From positions 128,166-192,165 of the forward strand of contig DF237000.1 of assembly GCA_000708835.1 (NCBI GenBank): 64,000 nt of DNA. The letters run 5' to 3'. The notes under the pieces were generated by a model that saw only the letters and a program-made list of their open reading frames with translations, was not told the DNA's origin and searched no databases. This document shows, one piece after another, positions 20,412 to 31,127 of this stretch. The position numbers and the translations under genes were made by a program. Numbering within the stretch: position 1 is the first letter of the stretch; every line of letters starts with the position of its first letter. Origin of the DNA: Klebsormidium nitens (taxonomy: Eukaryota; Plantae; Klebsormidiophyceae).

Positions 20412-20816
20412 CTGATGAGCCACGTGCACGGCTTGGCACGTGCAAGTTGATCAACTGAGTAGAAGTTGCATCTGCACCATGCATGCATATCAACAAGCAA
20501 GCTGACTCGGTGATCTTGCTGGCAGCCTGCCAATAGCTGCATCACGTGTGCGCCAGCCCTCCGTATATACCGTCGAAGGTGTGGACAGACATGTCGGACT
20601 CCTTCCATCTCATGCAATGCGCTGCATGACCTACAACTTGGGTTCATGATCGGATGGGGCCGCGCCAGATATAATAGCGGACTCGATCATGTAGCTCATG
20701 CATGGGCAATGAGACGTGAGTTGAAATGGATCATTCATCGTAAACGCACGTGCCCCAGCGAAATTTACGTTTCTGAGAATGTATAACATCATTCAGTGCA
20801 CGTGATTGCTCATGCA
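20412..20816. promoter_or_regulatory. Cluster of G-box (CACGTG x5) and RY (CATGCA x4) motifs in a convergent intergenic interval
   Basis: CACGTG at 20421, 20437, 20543, 20747 and 20799. CATGCA at 20478 (tandem), 20611, 20697 and 20811. Confidence 0.35.
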
Positions 20817-21471
20817 ATCAGTAGATCAGATGTGCCGCCGTCGATCCTTCCCAATTGTGTACAACATTTCCATATGTAAGTGGCGGCAGGGCCACGTCCT
20901 TGATTCCAATTGCACGAGCACCCGTGTAATATGAGCCCGTCCGCCGGTTCAATCGGAAGTACTCGGGAGCATCAGCTGCTGAGCATCAATTTAACTCGGA
21001 GCATTGTCGCTAGCGCTTCCAAAAGGCGGGAGCTGGCACCTATATGTGACGCTATCACGTCTTTGATTGTTATTGTTAAAGCTCGTGTAGCTAGTACCTT
21101 TCTCGTAGAAAATAGTACATGTCCGACCTTGGTTAGTAGCCTATTGGTGGCCTGGCGTCAACTCAATTGCACACCAATCAACCTCCTAGCTTGCTCTTGC
21201 GCAGTACAGTACAGTCGAGTCAGACTTTGTATGTACGCTTCTTTTTACATTAGATAAACGCAACTCAACCACACGCGGCCCGCCACTTCGCTGCCGCAAA
21301 CACCCGTCCACCCGCACACCCTGCACACCAGCCATCCTCTGCAAACTTCTTCCTGTTATCTATCTACCAACACTCAACCAACCACCGATTTAGTCTGCAC
21401 CAAGCACCCCACGCGAGGGCCCTTGTCGCAAGATCAACACCCCAGCCCTGTCACTCGTAATCGCAACTCAG

Positions 21472-24400
21472 TCAAGCGAACCGCCCGACCGCCGTCCGTA
21501 GAACATCCAAGCCCTTGCCCGGATTCTGTGCGCTTTGCGCGGACCGGCCCTCAAGCACGACCCACTTCTGCAGGGGGTTCCCGGCGGGAACGTTTTGTCC
21601 CCCGGGCGTATCTTCCCCTTCTAGTTCGTTCGCCGCAAGGCCGGAGCTACGGTCCGAATCGCCCGGGGTTTTGGGCGGGGTTGGGGCGGGGTTAGTTAGC
21701 AGGCTCGTGGGCGAATTTTGGTTAAGGCTGTAGTCGGCGGAGGCGCGCAGGGCCTTCCCGAGGCTGTATGCCTCCTCGTGCGAGTCTAACACGTGGCTAA
21801 TGCCCGCGAGCAGGTTAGAGGCGACGGTCTCGAGGACCCGCGAGTAGCTCTCTAGGATAGCTTGGCCCACGTCCTGCACCGGGTTAGAAGGAGGAGGGGT
21901 GAGGTTAGCTTGGTCCGGAATGCAAGACGAAATGGGGCGATTATGCGCAAGTAGCTGGCCTTGCCCCGGTGGTGAAGTAAGGCGTCTGCAGAGTTGCTCA
22001 CGAATTTTGAATTGCTCACGGCAAGAGTTGCTCACGGCTCACAAGAACTACAAAGCGTTGAATCACAGGATGAAGAGAGACACTACAAGACGATCGGACT
22101 GAGAAAGGCGCGAAGAAGTACGGGGGGAACAGTCAGTCAGGGTGGACAATACAGGAGTCGAAGGCACTGCAGATCTTGAATATAGCGGGTCCAAACTTTC
22201 AGGGTTCACGCTGATCTTGGATTGTGGGAGCTGCGCAATGGGCAACCCACGGAACTCGGCGGAGAATGCCAGCAGCATCAAAGACGTTCTGGTCTTTCCA
22301 AAGTCAAGCTCTGAAATGTGCGTTCTTGCTTTCGGGTCCATCATTTCAGGGCTTCCCATGGTATGCTGAATGCTATGCTGACTAGGCAAGGCGGGTGGGG
22401 CGCTTCGGAATCATGGTGGTAAGCATATGCAGTACCGACATCCCTCTTAAAGTTTCGTACTTGTCAAAGTCATAATACAGAGCCAAAGATGATCATCGCT
22501 GCTGGCCTTTTTGTGCTGCCCGATGGACCGCGCGAGCGGCATGCGTGTGCGCGCTCAGATAGTTTGTCATAACGCCTGTGCCACCTTGAAGTCCTTGAGG
22601 AGAGGAGGCTCCAGAGGTTCTCTCTTTCCGGGCTCACCGTGTTGTGCTGAACCTTCGACTGCGCGCGCCGCATGTGCGCCAGCCCTGAAAATGAGGCAAA
22701 GTGATTTCCAGGCTATTATAGGTTCATTGATTTTGACTTTCCAGGGCTCACCTTGTTGTGATGGATCTTCGATTGTGCGAGCCGCGTGTGCGGCAGCCCG
22801 GGGAACGTGGCGAACAGCGTATGCAGCAGCTCCGACGCGCGCGCCACCCATCGCTCGCGCGCTTCCGCGCCGTGGCCCGTCATCGTCTCGACGCGCTGCC
22901 GCCAACTCTGGACCGGCTCGTTCACGTGGTCCTCCTGCCGGGTTTCAGAAGCACAGCGTCAGAGTTGGGAGTCTACGTTTCATGAATAAAGGCTTATTGC
23001 TGAACGTTTAACGCTGAGCAACCGAGGCGTGCTAGCAGGCGGTTACGTCGGGTTCCCAAATCATCGTCTTCCAGTGGCTTCGTGCGTTGCAAGTTTACGA
23101 CTTTGACGACGGCGGTTTTTGAAGTGTCCAATTCGTCTCGGAAGGGGTATGAAGAGGCGTGATTGGAAGTCTGTTCAAAACATGGTAAACCTACTCAACG
23201 GCGTGGAGTTGATGTCAGCAACGAATAGTTGACGTCATAACGGCATGGCAGCATACTTCCAATTTTTGAACCCGCAATCTTCGACCTTACCCGACATCCT
23301 AAACCAGGAGCACTTGACTGGGACTGCTCATTCTAAAACCAATTTATGCAGATCAAAAGCATAGCCCCTCGTTCTCTCTTATCTGCACTTACCTGGCCCC
23401 GTTTGACGATCTTGCGCTGCCACAGGTGGATCGCCGCCTCTAGGGCGCTGGCGACTCTGGCCGCAGAAGTCTCATCCGCAACGCCCAGCGCCGACAGTAT
23501 GCCGCCGTTCTCGAAGCCGTCCTCTGTGAGAGCGCGGTAAAGCTCTTCGCCCAGAGCGGCTTTGCTCGACTGCACAGGCAAACGACTGAGTCAGGATTCT
23601 GTCAGATGCAAGAGGAGGTGATCCAATAAGTTCTTGGAGCATTGAAGGCGTTCAAGGCTACCAGCATCTTCACAGCGACAGCACCTTTTAACGTGCCCCT
23701 GGGGCTTCCCTCAGCCGGGAAAGACGAGCTGACTAGCTTCGAGGACAAACCGATTCGGGACTACCCCCGGAAGATTTCATTGAAGAAACGCGTTTAGATC
23801 ATAACGGCAGCTCTTGAGCTTTATGATCTCTACGTGGTCTCCTCCTGGGTGTTTCGCGCACTGATTTTCCTGAGACTTTCAGTGGAGCCGTTTCGTTGCT
23901 GCGCTCGCTATGATCAAGCTTTTGACGAAGAAAGAGAGAAATACAAACGGAGGGACGGTAAGAATTGTACAGCCTTTAGGAAATTGAAACGGGAGTAGGA
24001 GGGGTAAACAGAACAACGAACCCTCTGTGAAAGCACTTTCCGTACAGTCGAGCAAGGCGGCTGGGCGGAAAATTATGTCGTGCCTCTCTCAATCGACTCT
24101 CGATTTGGATCCACCTTGATCTTTCTGCCTCGGGAATTTGGAAGGGTTTGAGTATACAACCCAGATTGTTAGGCACTTACCCTCGGCAGCGACTCCCAGT
24201 ACTCGTCCGGGATCGCCATCTCCGCGAGCGTCTGCGCGTTGATCGCCATCGCCACCGCGTAAATATTCGTAACCACCTCCTTCTGCCCGCGCAACTTCCG
24301 CAGCGCTTCCGGGCTCAGCCCCCCCGCGGGGACCACCGCTTTCGGACGCCAGTACGCGTCCAGGACGTCGGATGACGTCACCGTCCGCGGCGCGCTCTTG

Positions 24401-27400
24401 TACGAAAACTCTTGGTTGATCAAAGTGTCCATCGTGTCCATCAGGAGGGCGTCTAGCTTTTTGAGCACCGGAAGGGAGGCTTGGAGGTCGCCACGTGGCT
24501 GCCGTTGCATGATCTGCGGAAGAGGGAAGACGTATCACTTACAAACCCTCTCTTGCTCTTTTCCGAATCCTTCTTGTATTTTTGTGAACATTCTTACCCC
24601 CCATCTCACTAGCGGCGTTTCTTCCGAAAGTGCCCTCCATATTTGGACTGGCCTGACCATCCGTACGCGCATGACGGATGTTACTCCCAACCTTGATCAA
24701 CGGCACGTAGACTGCACAAACATCGAGGAGTGGAAGTTTTGACCAAATACGGATCAAGGCATGCTTGCGGAGCTTTTGTATATAATGTTACGCCCCAGGA
24801 AGCAGTCTGACCGTTCTTCATACCAGAACAACAGAATGGCTGTGCCACTACTTGTTGCCCGCTGGAAGTCACGGACCCATCTCGTAAGAGGCAACAAAAG
24901 AAAAAGAGGTAACGCTTTGACACCATGAACATGGGCCCCAGCCGTCTGATTCAGATTCGTTCTTCGCAGGTGTCAGTTTTCAATTGCTTCCACTTCATGT
25001 AAACAAGGAAAGAAGATTGAACAAAGAGAAAGGCAGCTTAACACCAGGACACGATCATCGCTACCCACCTCTGTCTTCGTTCCCGCCGGTGTCACGACCC
25101 AGCCGGGGCGCATCTCCACAATCTGGTAAGCGGGACTGATCAGCCAGTCGATCTCACGCGTCCACCGAAGCTTCTTGTCGATATCCAATGGCTCCAAGGT
25201 GTACACGTCACCGAAAACGGCACCGGCTAGGTTGGTCACCGCGTGCGAGATGGCCAGCGCAGGGCTGGCGCCCCGGGACCCCCCCGAAAGGTCGTCGCCG
25301 AGGAGGAGCCTCACGAACTTCTCCTTCATTTGGGCCTTGTAATCCAGAATCTCTGCACGGAGGGGGGCTGCGATCAGCACCTTAGAATGTCTGTGACCGT
25401 CTTAGTGGTTAAACACGTGAACATCCCTTCTCGGAATCCAGAGTTGCAGAAGAGGTTAAAAGACAGAGCCGACTTTCTGTCTTTCTAAAGACTAAAAGTC
25501 AGCTCTAGCCGGTTGAGGAACGGATGAAGGGCGAACTCTGAGTTCGGCTAAGGTACGTGATAATCGTGCTACTGACTGCATCAAGAGCGTGAACGCAGCT
25601 CACACCCTGAGCTGCCACGATGCGGGGAGTTCCCACCCAGCGAAACCAAAGCTTCCGACTCCTGCAAACGAAGTGGGCTGTGCGCACCCCCAATCCACCG
25701 AAAGGCTTCACAGAGTCGTAGAGAATCCCTTTCGTCCGCAATTCAGAGCGGAAAGCAGCGGGTAATGAAGGGAACGGGACATTGATATTGAATAAACAAA
25801 CGAAAGCAACGAAACTTGAAAGGAGACCAGCATGACGAGAAGCAAGGTGTGCGTAACCACACCTTTCAAGCGCAGCCCCTGCAGCTCCTCCCGCTTGCAC
25901 GCGCCCTCCCACGCATCCTGCTGCTTCTTATCTATCCCCACTTTTCCTTCCCACCGGCCCACATCTCTTTCTGCCCCCCTCCCGTTCGCCCCAGTTTCGG
26001 CCCCCCTCCCAGCTTCCACATCCTGCCCCGGGTAAACCCGGCCCAAGCTGTCCCGTTCAGAGTCACTACTCTGCGCCGTGTGCACATCTCTGATTCGCTC
26101 AAGAACTGCCGCCAGGTTGTCGTCTGCCGAGCTTATGCTGACGTCCTGGTTGACCTCAAGCCTTCCGTGCGGAAACGCTTCCGCTCCCGTTGTTCGATTC
26201 ACCTGGGCCTCGGTGCCGTTTTCGGACGCTTCGTTTTCGGACTCTCCATTTCTGGGCGTCCGATGGGCGGGCACACTCCCCATCAGTTGTCCAAACCTTC
26301 TGGGGCTCAGACTGCTGTGGAACGCTCCCCACGCCTTTCTTGGACGTCGTTCATACATCACTCCAGAATCGTCCGAATCCACCGGACCACCCACGGACGC
26401 TGCGCAGACGTCGGCAGCGTCCAAGCTGACATCAGGACGATAGTCAGCGCTCGAGGACTGCGCCTGCCGTAAGGGGTCGAACCGGGGCGCGGACTTTGTC
26501 TTGCGCAGCGTCTCTTTCTGGGGGGTATGGTTGCCAGGTGCAATCGACCCCACGGGGGCATCGCCCTCGCTCCGGGGGGGTCCGCTCCAGCCCTTGAACC
26601 CTGGGCCCAAACCCCCCCGTCCGAAGCTGGCCCCGACCAGATCTTTCGCCGTTCTTTGGACCTTGTCAGGGGAAAGTTGCCCCGAGTCCTGGTCCACCAC
26701 CGTGACGTCATCCCCCGTTACTTGCAGCAGCCGCAGCCGCGACGAGGGGGATCCCCCCACGCCGAAGGTGATGTCAGCAGGGGGGTGGTTGCGAAGAACG
26801 GCTTCTTGTCCTTGCCTAAATGCTGGTCTCAAATTTAGACTGCTGTTTGACGAAGTTGGGTCCTCTTGCTCTGTTCTTCGGCCTCGCACGGTCGTCCCGC
26901 TTTTTGCACCATGTTTGGGATTGCCCTGTTTGCTTTCTCCGAGTGCGCTCGCTCCGCTTTTTGTCCTGAGGCCGTACCCCAGAACACCACCTCCAAACTC
27001 CCCTGAACTCGCCATTGCGCTCCACAGGCCCCGTACATGCGTCATAGGCTCTCCGTCAGCACTGCTGAAAGAACCCTCCCCCTCAATAGCAGGCCCCCCC
27101 GCTTCCTCGTTATCACTTCTCAGATCCGTGAACGAGATCTCCGTGCTTGGAAGCCCCGGGTTTCCACTTCCCGGTGATGCAGGTTGGCTGCCTTTCTTTC
27201 TTCTGGGGGAGCCCTGGAGCTGGGGAGCACTCCTTTCTTTCCGGGGAGGCGTTTGTCGCCCCCTAGGGGTCCTCGAACCTTTGCCCGGGCTGTTGAGAGT
27301 CACACTCACGCTCTTTGGACTCTCGTAGTACCTCTTAGCTGACCCGGAAGTTACTATCGCCCCACCAGACGGAGACTGGGGCCCCGCTTTCCTTACCCTG

Positions 27401-27750
27401 GGGCTGGGGGGTTTAACAGGCGTCATGGAGGCAAACCGTGGGCTCTTGGACGTAATGTTCGGCTGCGGACCACTGCCGGGCGTTACACCCCGGAGGCTGT
27501 CTTTCCAGCCGAGGGCGTATGGTGACAGGGGGCTTTGGGATGGGGTGCTTCGGACGCTGCCAGAGGTGGACGACCGACAGCTTTCGGCGTCCGAGTCCGA
27601 CCCAAGGGAGGGGAGGGAGGGGTGAGATTCTGACTTAGGGATGGAAGGGGACTGCGGGTTCTGGCCTCTCTTCGTTGTGCTGGCTTTGCTGATGAGCTTT
27701 CGCTCTGCTTCGGTGATCACAAGGGTGCGGCTGATGAAGCTCTTTCGGCT
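21472..27750 (-). CDS. RopGEF: PRONE-domain Rop guanine nucleotide exchange factor with an extension of about 630 aa or more, rich in Ser/Pro/Gly, before the PRONE domain; true start upstream of 27750 and unresolved (possibly near 28070)
   Basis: Phase-consistent exons 27750-25863, 25352-25069, 24513-24181, 23569-23393, 22934-22752, 21873-21472. PRONE motifs: [122 protein letters not shown]. Confidence 0.93.
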
Positions 27751-29919
27751 CTGGCAAGGGAATGAAAGTTCAAGAGTCTGATCGGTGACGGAGTAATGCA
27801 AGAACATTGAGAGGCACAAGTTTCGCAGGAAAGCACTCGTACGGCGCCATGTGTTCAGTTATAACCGCCTTCTCTTTCAAGGGCAGCTTTTGGGCCTTTG
27901 GAGAGATCGTAGTCGAGACTCATCTTGCTGCAGGCAAAAAGGATAAAGCGCTTGTAGAAGGAGACCCTGTTTCCTGAAAGTAGGGCAAAAGAGTTTTGCT
28001 CGGAGGGGATAACAAGAAGTGAAGAGCAGAAAGTGCATTAGGGGACCGGCACCTCCACTTAAGAAAGCTAGTCTTGTCCGCACGTTCCATCTTATCTGCT
28101 TGCAACCAGAACTATAACCCTCCGGAGATTTTCACGGTTTCCTTACCAGCACAGGTAGGGGCCTGGGACTTTCCCTTTCTGGTTCCACCGCCCCCGCTCC
28201 TTTCATTCCTGCACCATGTATGGTCATTTCGATGCGCCACGCGCCTCAAGTACCTGAAATACAGTACTAAATGTCTGAGAACAACGTGCGTTTATCATAA
28301 CCGAAGGGTTCACAGTGCGAGGCTGTCAGGATCGTATGCTTGGGGGAAAAGCGCTGAGTCTGGCTGGAGAGGGGACTTGTGAAGACAGAGAGGAAGGCTT
28401 CATTGGTAAAGTGGTAAACTGCCAGACGAAGGGCGCAGAAACATGAACAGATAAAGTAGAGGATTTTGCTGGCTGCTTGACATTGTGCAGTAAGGGCTGG
28501 TAAGATGGAAATGAGTACACATAAGGGAGGGAAGGGTCGATGTTGAAAGCCAGAAAGAAGCTCAATAGCATTCGTGTCTGAAAAGGCACATGGTATGACA
28601 TCTACTTGTAGTTACCGTGGCCTGATCCTGCCCTGACCTTTGCTTGATGCGTAGGCGAAGGCATTCAATTGAATAACTACTTATGCCCTGACCCTGATCA
28701 CAATGCTGTGGCACATATTCTAAGCTGACTCCCCATACGAGTTGAAGCTGACCAAAACGTTGCGGCTTCTGATATCTTCTTGCTTGTCCCATCAATCAGA
28801 ACAATCCCAAGAGTCTGCAATCTTTCGGAACCTTCCGTTCTCTGAAACTGACCACAGCCAGAAAGAGACTTTGACCGCAGGCCAACTTGCCACCGTTGTG
28901 GAAATTGACAGCAAGAAGAAAGTATCCATGTATTCCCAGCCATTCAGTTGGTTTCCTGCTCGCTGATTGGGGGCAAGACAAATTTTTGATGCATTTCGAA
29001 TCTCACAACCATATGAGTGCACACTACCTGATCGAGAAAATATACTGACCCCGATCAAGTTTCTCGATTCAAGTTCGCTTTTCACAAATTGCTTGTTAAA
29101 GTGAAAGTGCACTTCTACAAAGCCTAGAACTTAGAATGACTTCTCATGTTAAACTCACACGAGTTGGCCCAAAGAAGACAGAGGCCGATCAAAAAGCTGC
29201 TCAGAACATTGAGCACGATTTTGCTTGGTATCTTGCGTTCCTTTTGAAATTTTTGACCAGATTGAACTGCAGCCTCTACCTCATAAATCCAAACACTGGA
29301 CTTTTCTACACAAGAGAAAAAGTAAAATGACGTACCAACCACAATGGAGCTGAATACATGTGCGCTTCAATCTGCACTGTGTCGGGCTTAATCATTCATT
29401 TTCAAACAGCCGGCGCCACCCCTTGTACAGCTTACTGTGTCACATTTGCACCTACAAATCCTGTGCCCCTGCAGTGCACCAAGGAAGCATAGCACAGCTC
29501 CTGCAAAAAGCTGTCACTTGCAGTGCACCAGCTGCGAGCAACATAAAAATGCACCGAAGCAGAAGCTCACGAAACATAGCCCTTTGGATGTGCGCCAATG
29601 GGGGCTTTTCCTACAGCAAAAAAGGCGTGAGAGCGAGGATAATCAGACATGAGCCTCTCTGCTGCCGTCTCTCCCATTTCCCTCGTCTGCTTTGCGGCCA
29701 TGTCGCCCTGAATCTTGGAAGAATCCGAATGCTGTTGACATGAACTTCATCCGAATGATGAACTTGAAGCGACCCGCCGTGTCAGTCTGCATCATGACGA
29801 GGTTTGCCAAACCTGCCCTCTTGACAGATGTCCATTGCGAAATGTGAACCGTTGGATAATTTTCTATCAAAGCTTGAACGGCCTCAAGTTTGTGACTGCC
29901 AAAATATGTGTTACCGAGG

Positions 29920-30989
29920 GTACCGGGTTTGATACAGCCACTCTGACAGATTACAGTATGTTTCATGGTCGGTACTTGTACATGATACCGTAGGTACTGT
30001 TGCGTTTATAATACTACCGCAAACCCACGGTTCTTGCTATGAACACCCAATGTTCATAGCAATCGCCAATTTGATTTTCGCCATTTAGTGTCTGGCAAGT
30101 GAATTTCGCCGGACTGGCGAAAATGGTCGGGCCGTCAGCCAGATTTTCCATGCTCGGATACTCCCACCCGCTTTCACGAATCTTAACCCTGCTCAGAACC
30201 CCGCATTTTACCTTTGCCTTTACATTTTCAATCGACTCTCCAGAGAAAACCAAAAAACTTGGTCGGTACAAGAACTTTTAGTGCCGGGACACTTTACCGG
30301 CCACAACTGCCGCTGGGATTTTCGCCATTAGTGTCATTTTCGCCAATTAGTGTCTGGGAGCTCCTATTTAGTGTATTCCAAGATTTATTTTCGCCACGAT
30401 CACTGTGAACACCCGCCCTGTACCGGTAGCTGAAGAATGAAAACTGGTAAAATCAGTTATGGTAACCATGCTGCTACTGGCTTGAAAGGTACCCGGCATT
30501 CCGGTAGCCGGGTTGCGAAGCTTGGTGGCAGCTAGGAAATCAGTACCTGCAGGCTGCATGGTTCGCTTCAAACTGCACCGGGGGCCTGGCACACATCGCC
30601 ATGGACCCAGTTTCAGGAGCAAACCGTACGCGAATTACGCAGACGGCGTTACCGGTATCCGGGCTTCCGAGAACGCCAAAAATGTACAGACTCTAGGAGG
30701 ACAGTACCCTGACCGGTAGGACCGTAGTTTTCGATCACAGTCCCCTTGAACACTAGGTAGCGGAGATTGGGTCTGTTCCTCAACCGAACACAGACCTCTT
30801 GTGTCAGGGGCCCAACTGCCCCAGCCAAGTACGGTTGCCGTCACCATCATGTCCTGACGCAAGCAAAACTGTACGGTGACCGACGGCTACGATTGCATGA
30901 AATTCAGTTGTGACGCATTGACGGGGCACGGGCGTCATTACCGTGATTGTCGCTCGAAATCAACGGGCTCTTTCTAAATGCAATCGTAC
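29920..30989. promoter_or_regulatory. GTAC-dense region upstream of the adenylate kinase gene, in the divergent interval shared with RopGEF
   Basis: 14 GTAC counted in about 1070 bp: 29920, 29972, 29978, 29994, 30266, 30420, 30489, 30543, 30626, 30684, 30704, 30829, 30871, 30986. Confidence 0.35.
30034..30414. mobile_element. Putative short non-autonomous (MITE-like) element with internal repeats
   Basis: Imperfect inverted ends: tgttcatagcaatcg (30051) versus the reverse complement of cgatcactgtgaaca (ending about 30411), 12/15 match. Five direct and one inverted copies of (t)tttcgcc, several followed by attagtgtc. Perfect 12-bp hairpin at 30034-30062. No target-site duplication confirmed. 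Confidence 0.3.
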
Positions 30990-31127
30990 GGCCTAGACAG
31001 CCTCCGCATCTAAAGGAGTTCCTCTAGCTCGATTCTCCACATGGGTGCACACCCCTAGTTGCTCTCGCGCCTCCGAAACCCTTGAAAGTTTTAGGAGTCC
31101 TGAACTCAGCCCCGCGCCGCATTTGCC

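Noticed and set aside
25816-27328. + strand ORFs of 218, 275 and 121 aa
   Set aside because: Antisense shadows of the large RopGEF exon.
29400-29560. Cys-rich CRCKCDTVSC reading on the - strand suggesting a CXC domain
   Set aside because: The frame contains a stop, and the segment looks more like splice-signal-rich intron or UTR sequence.
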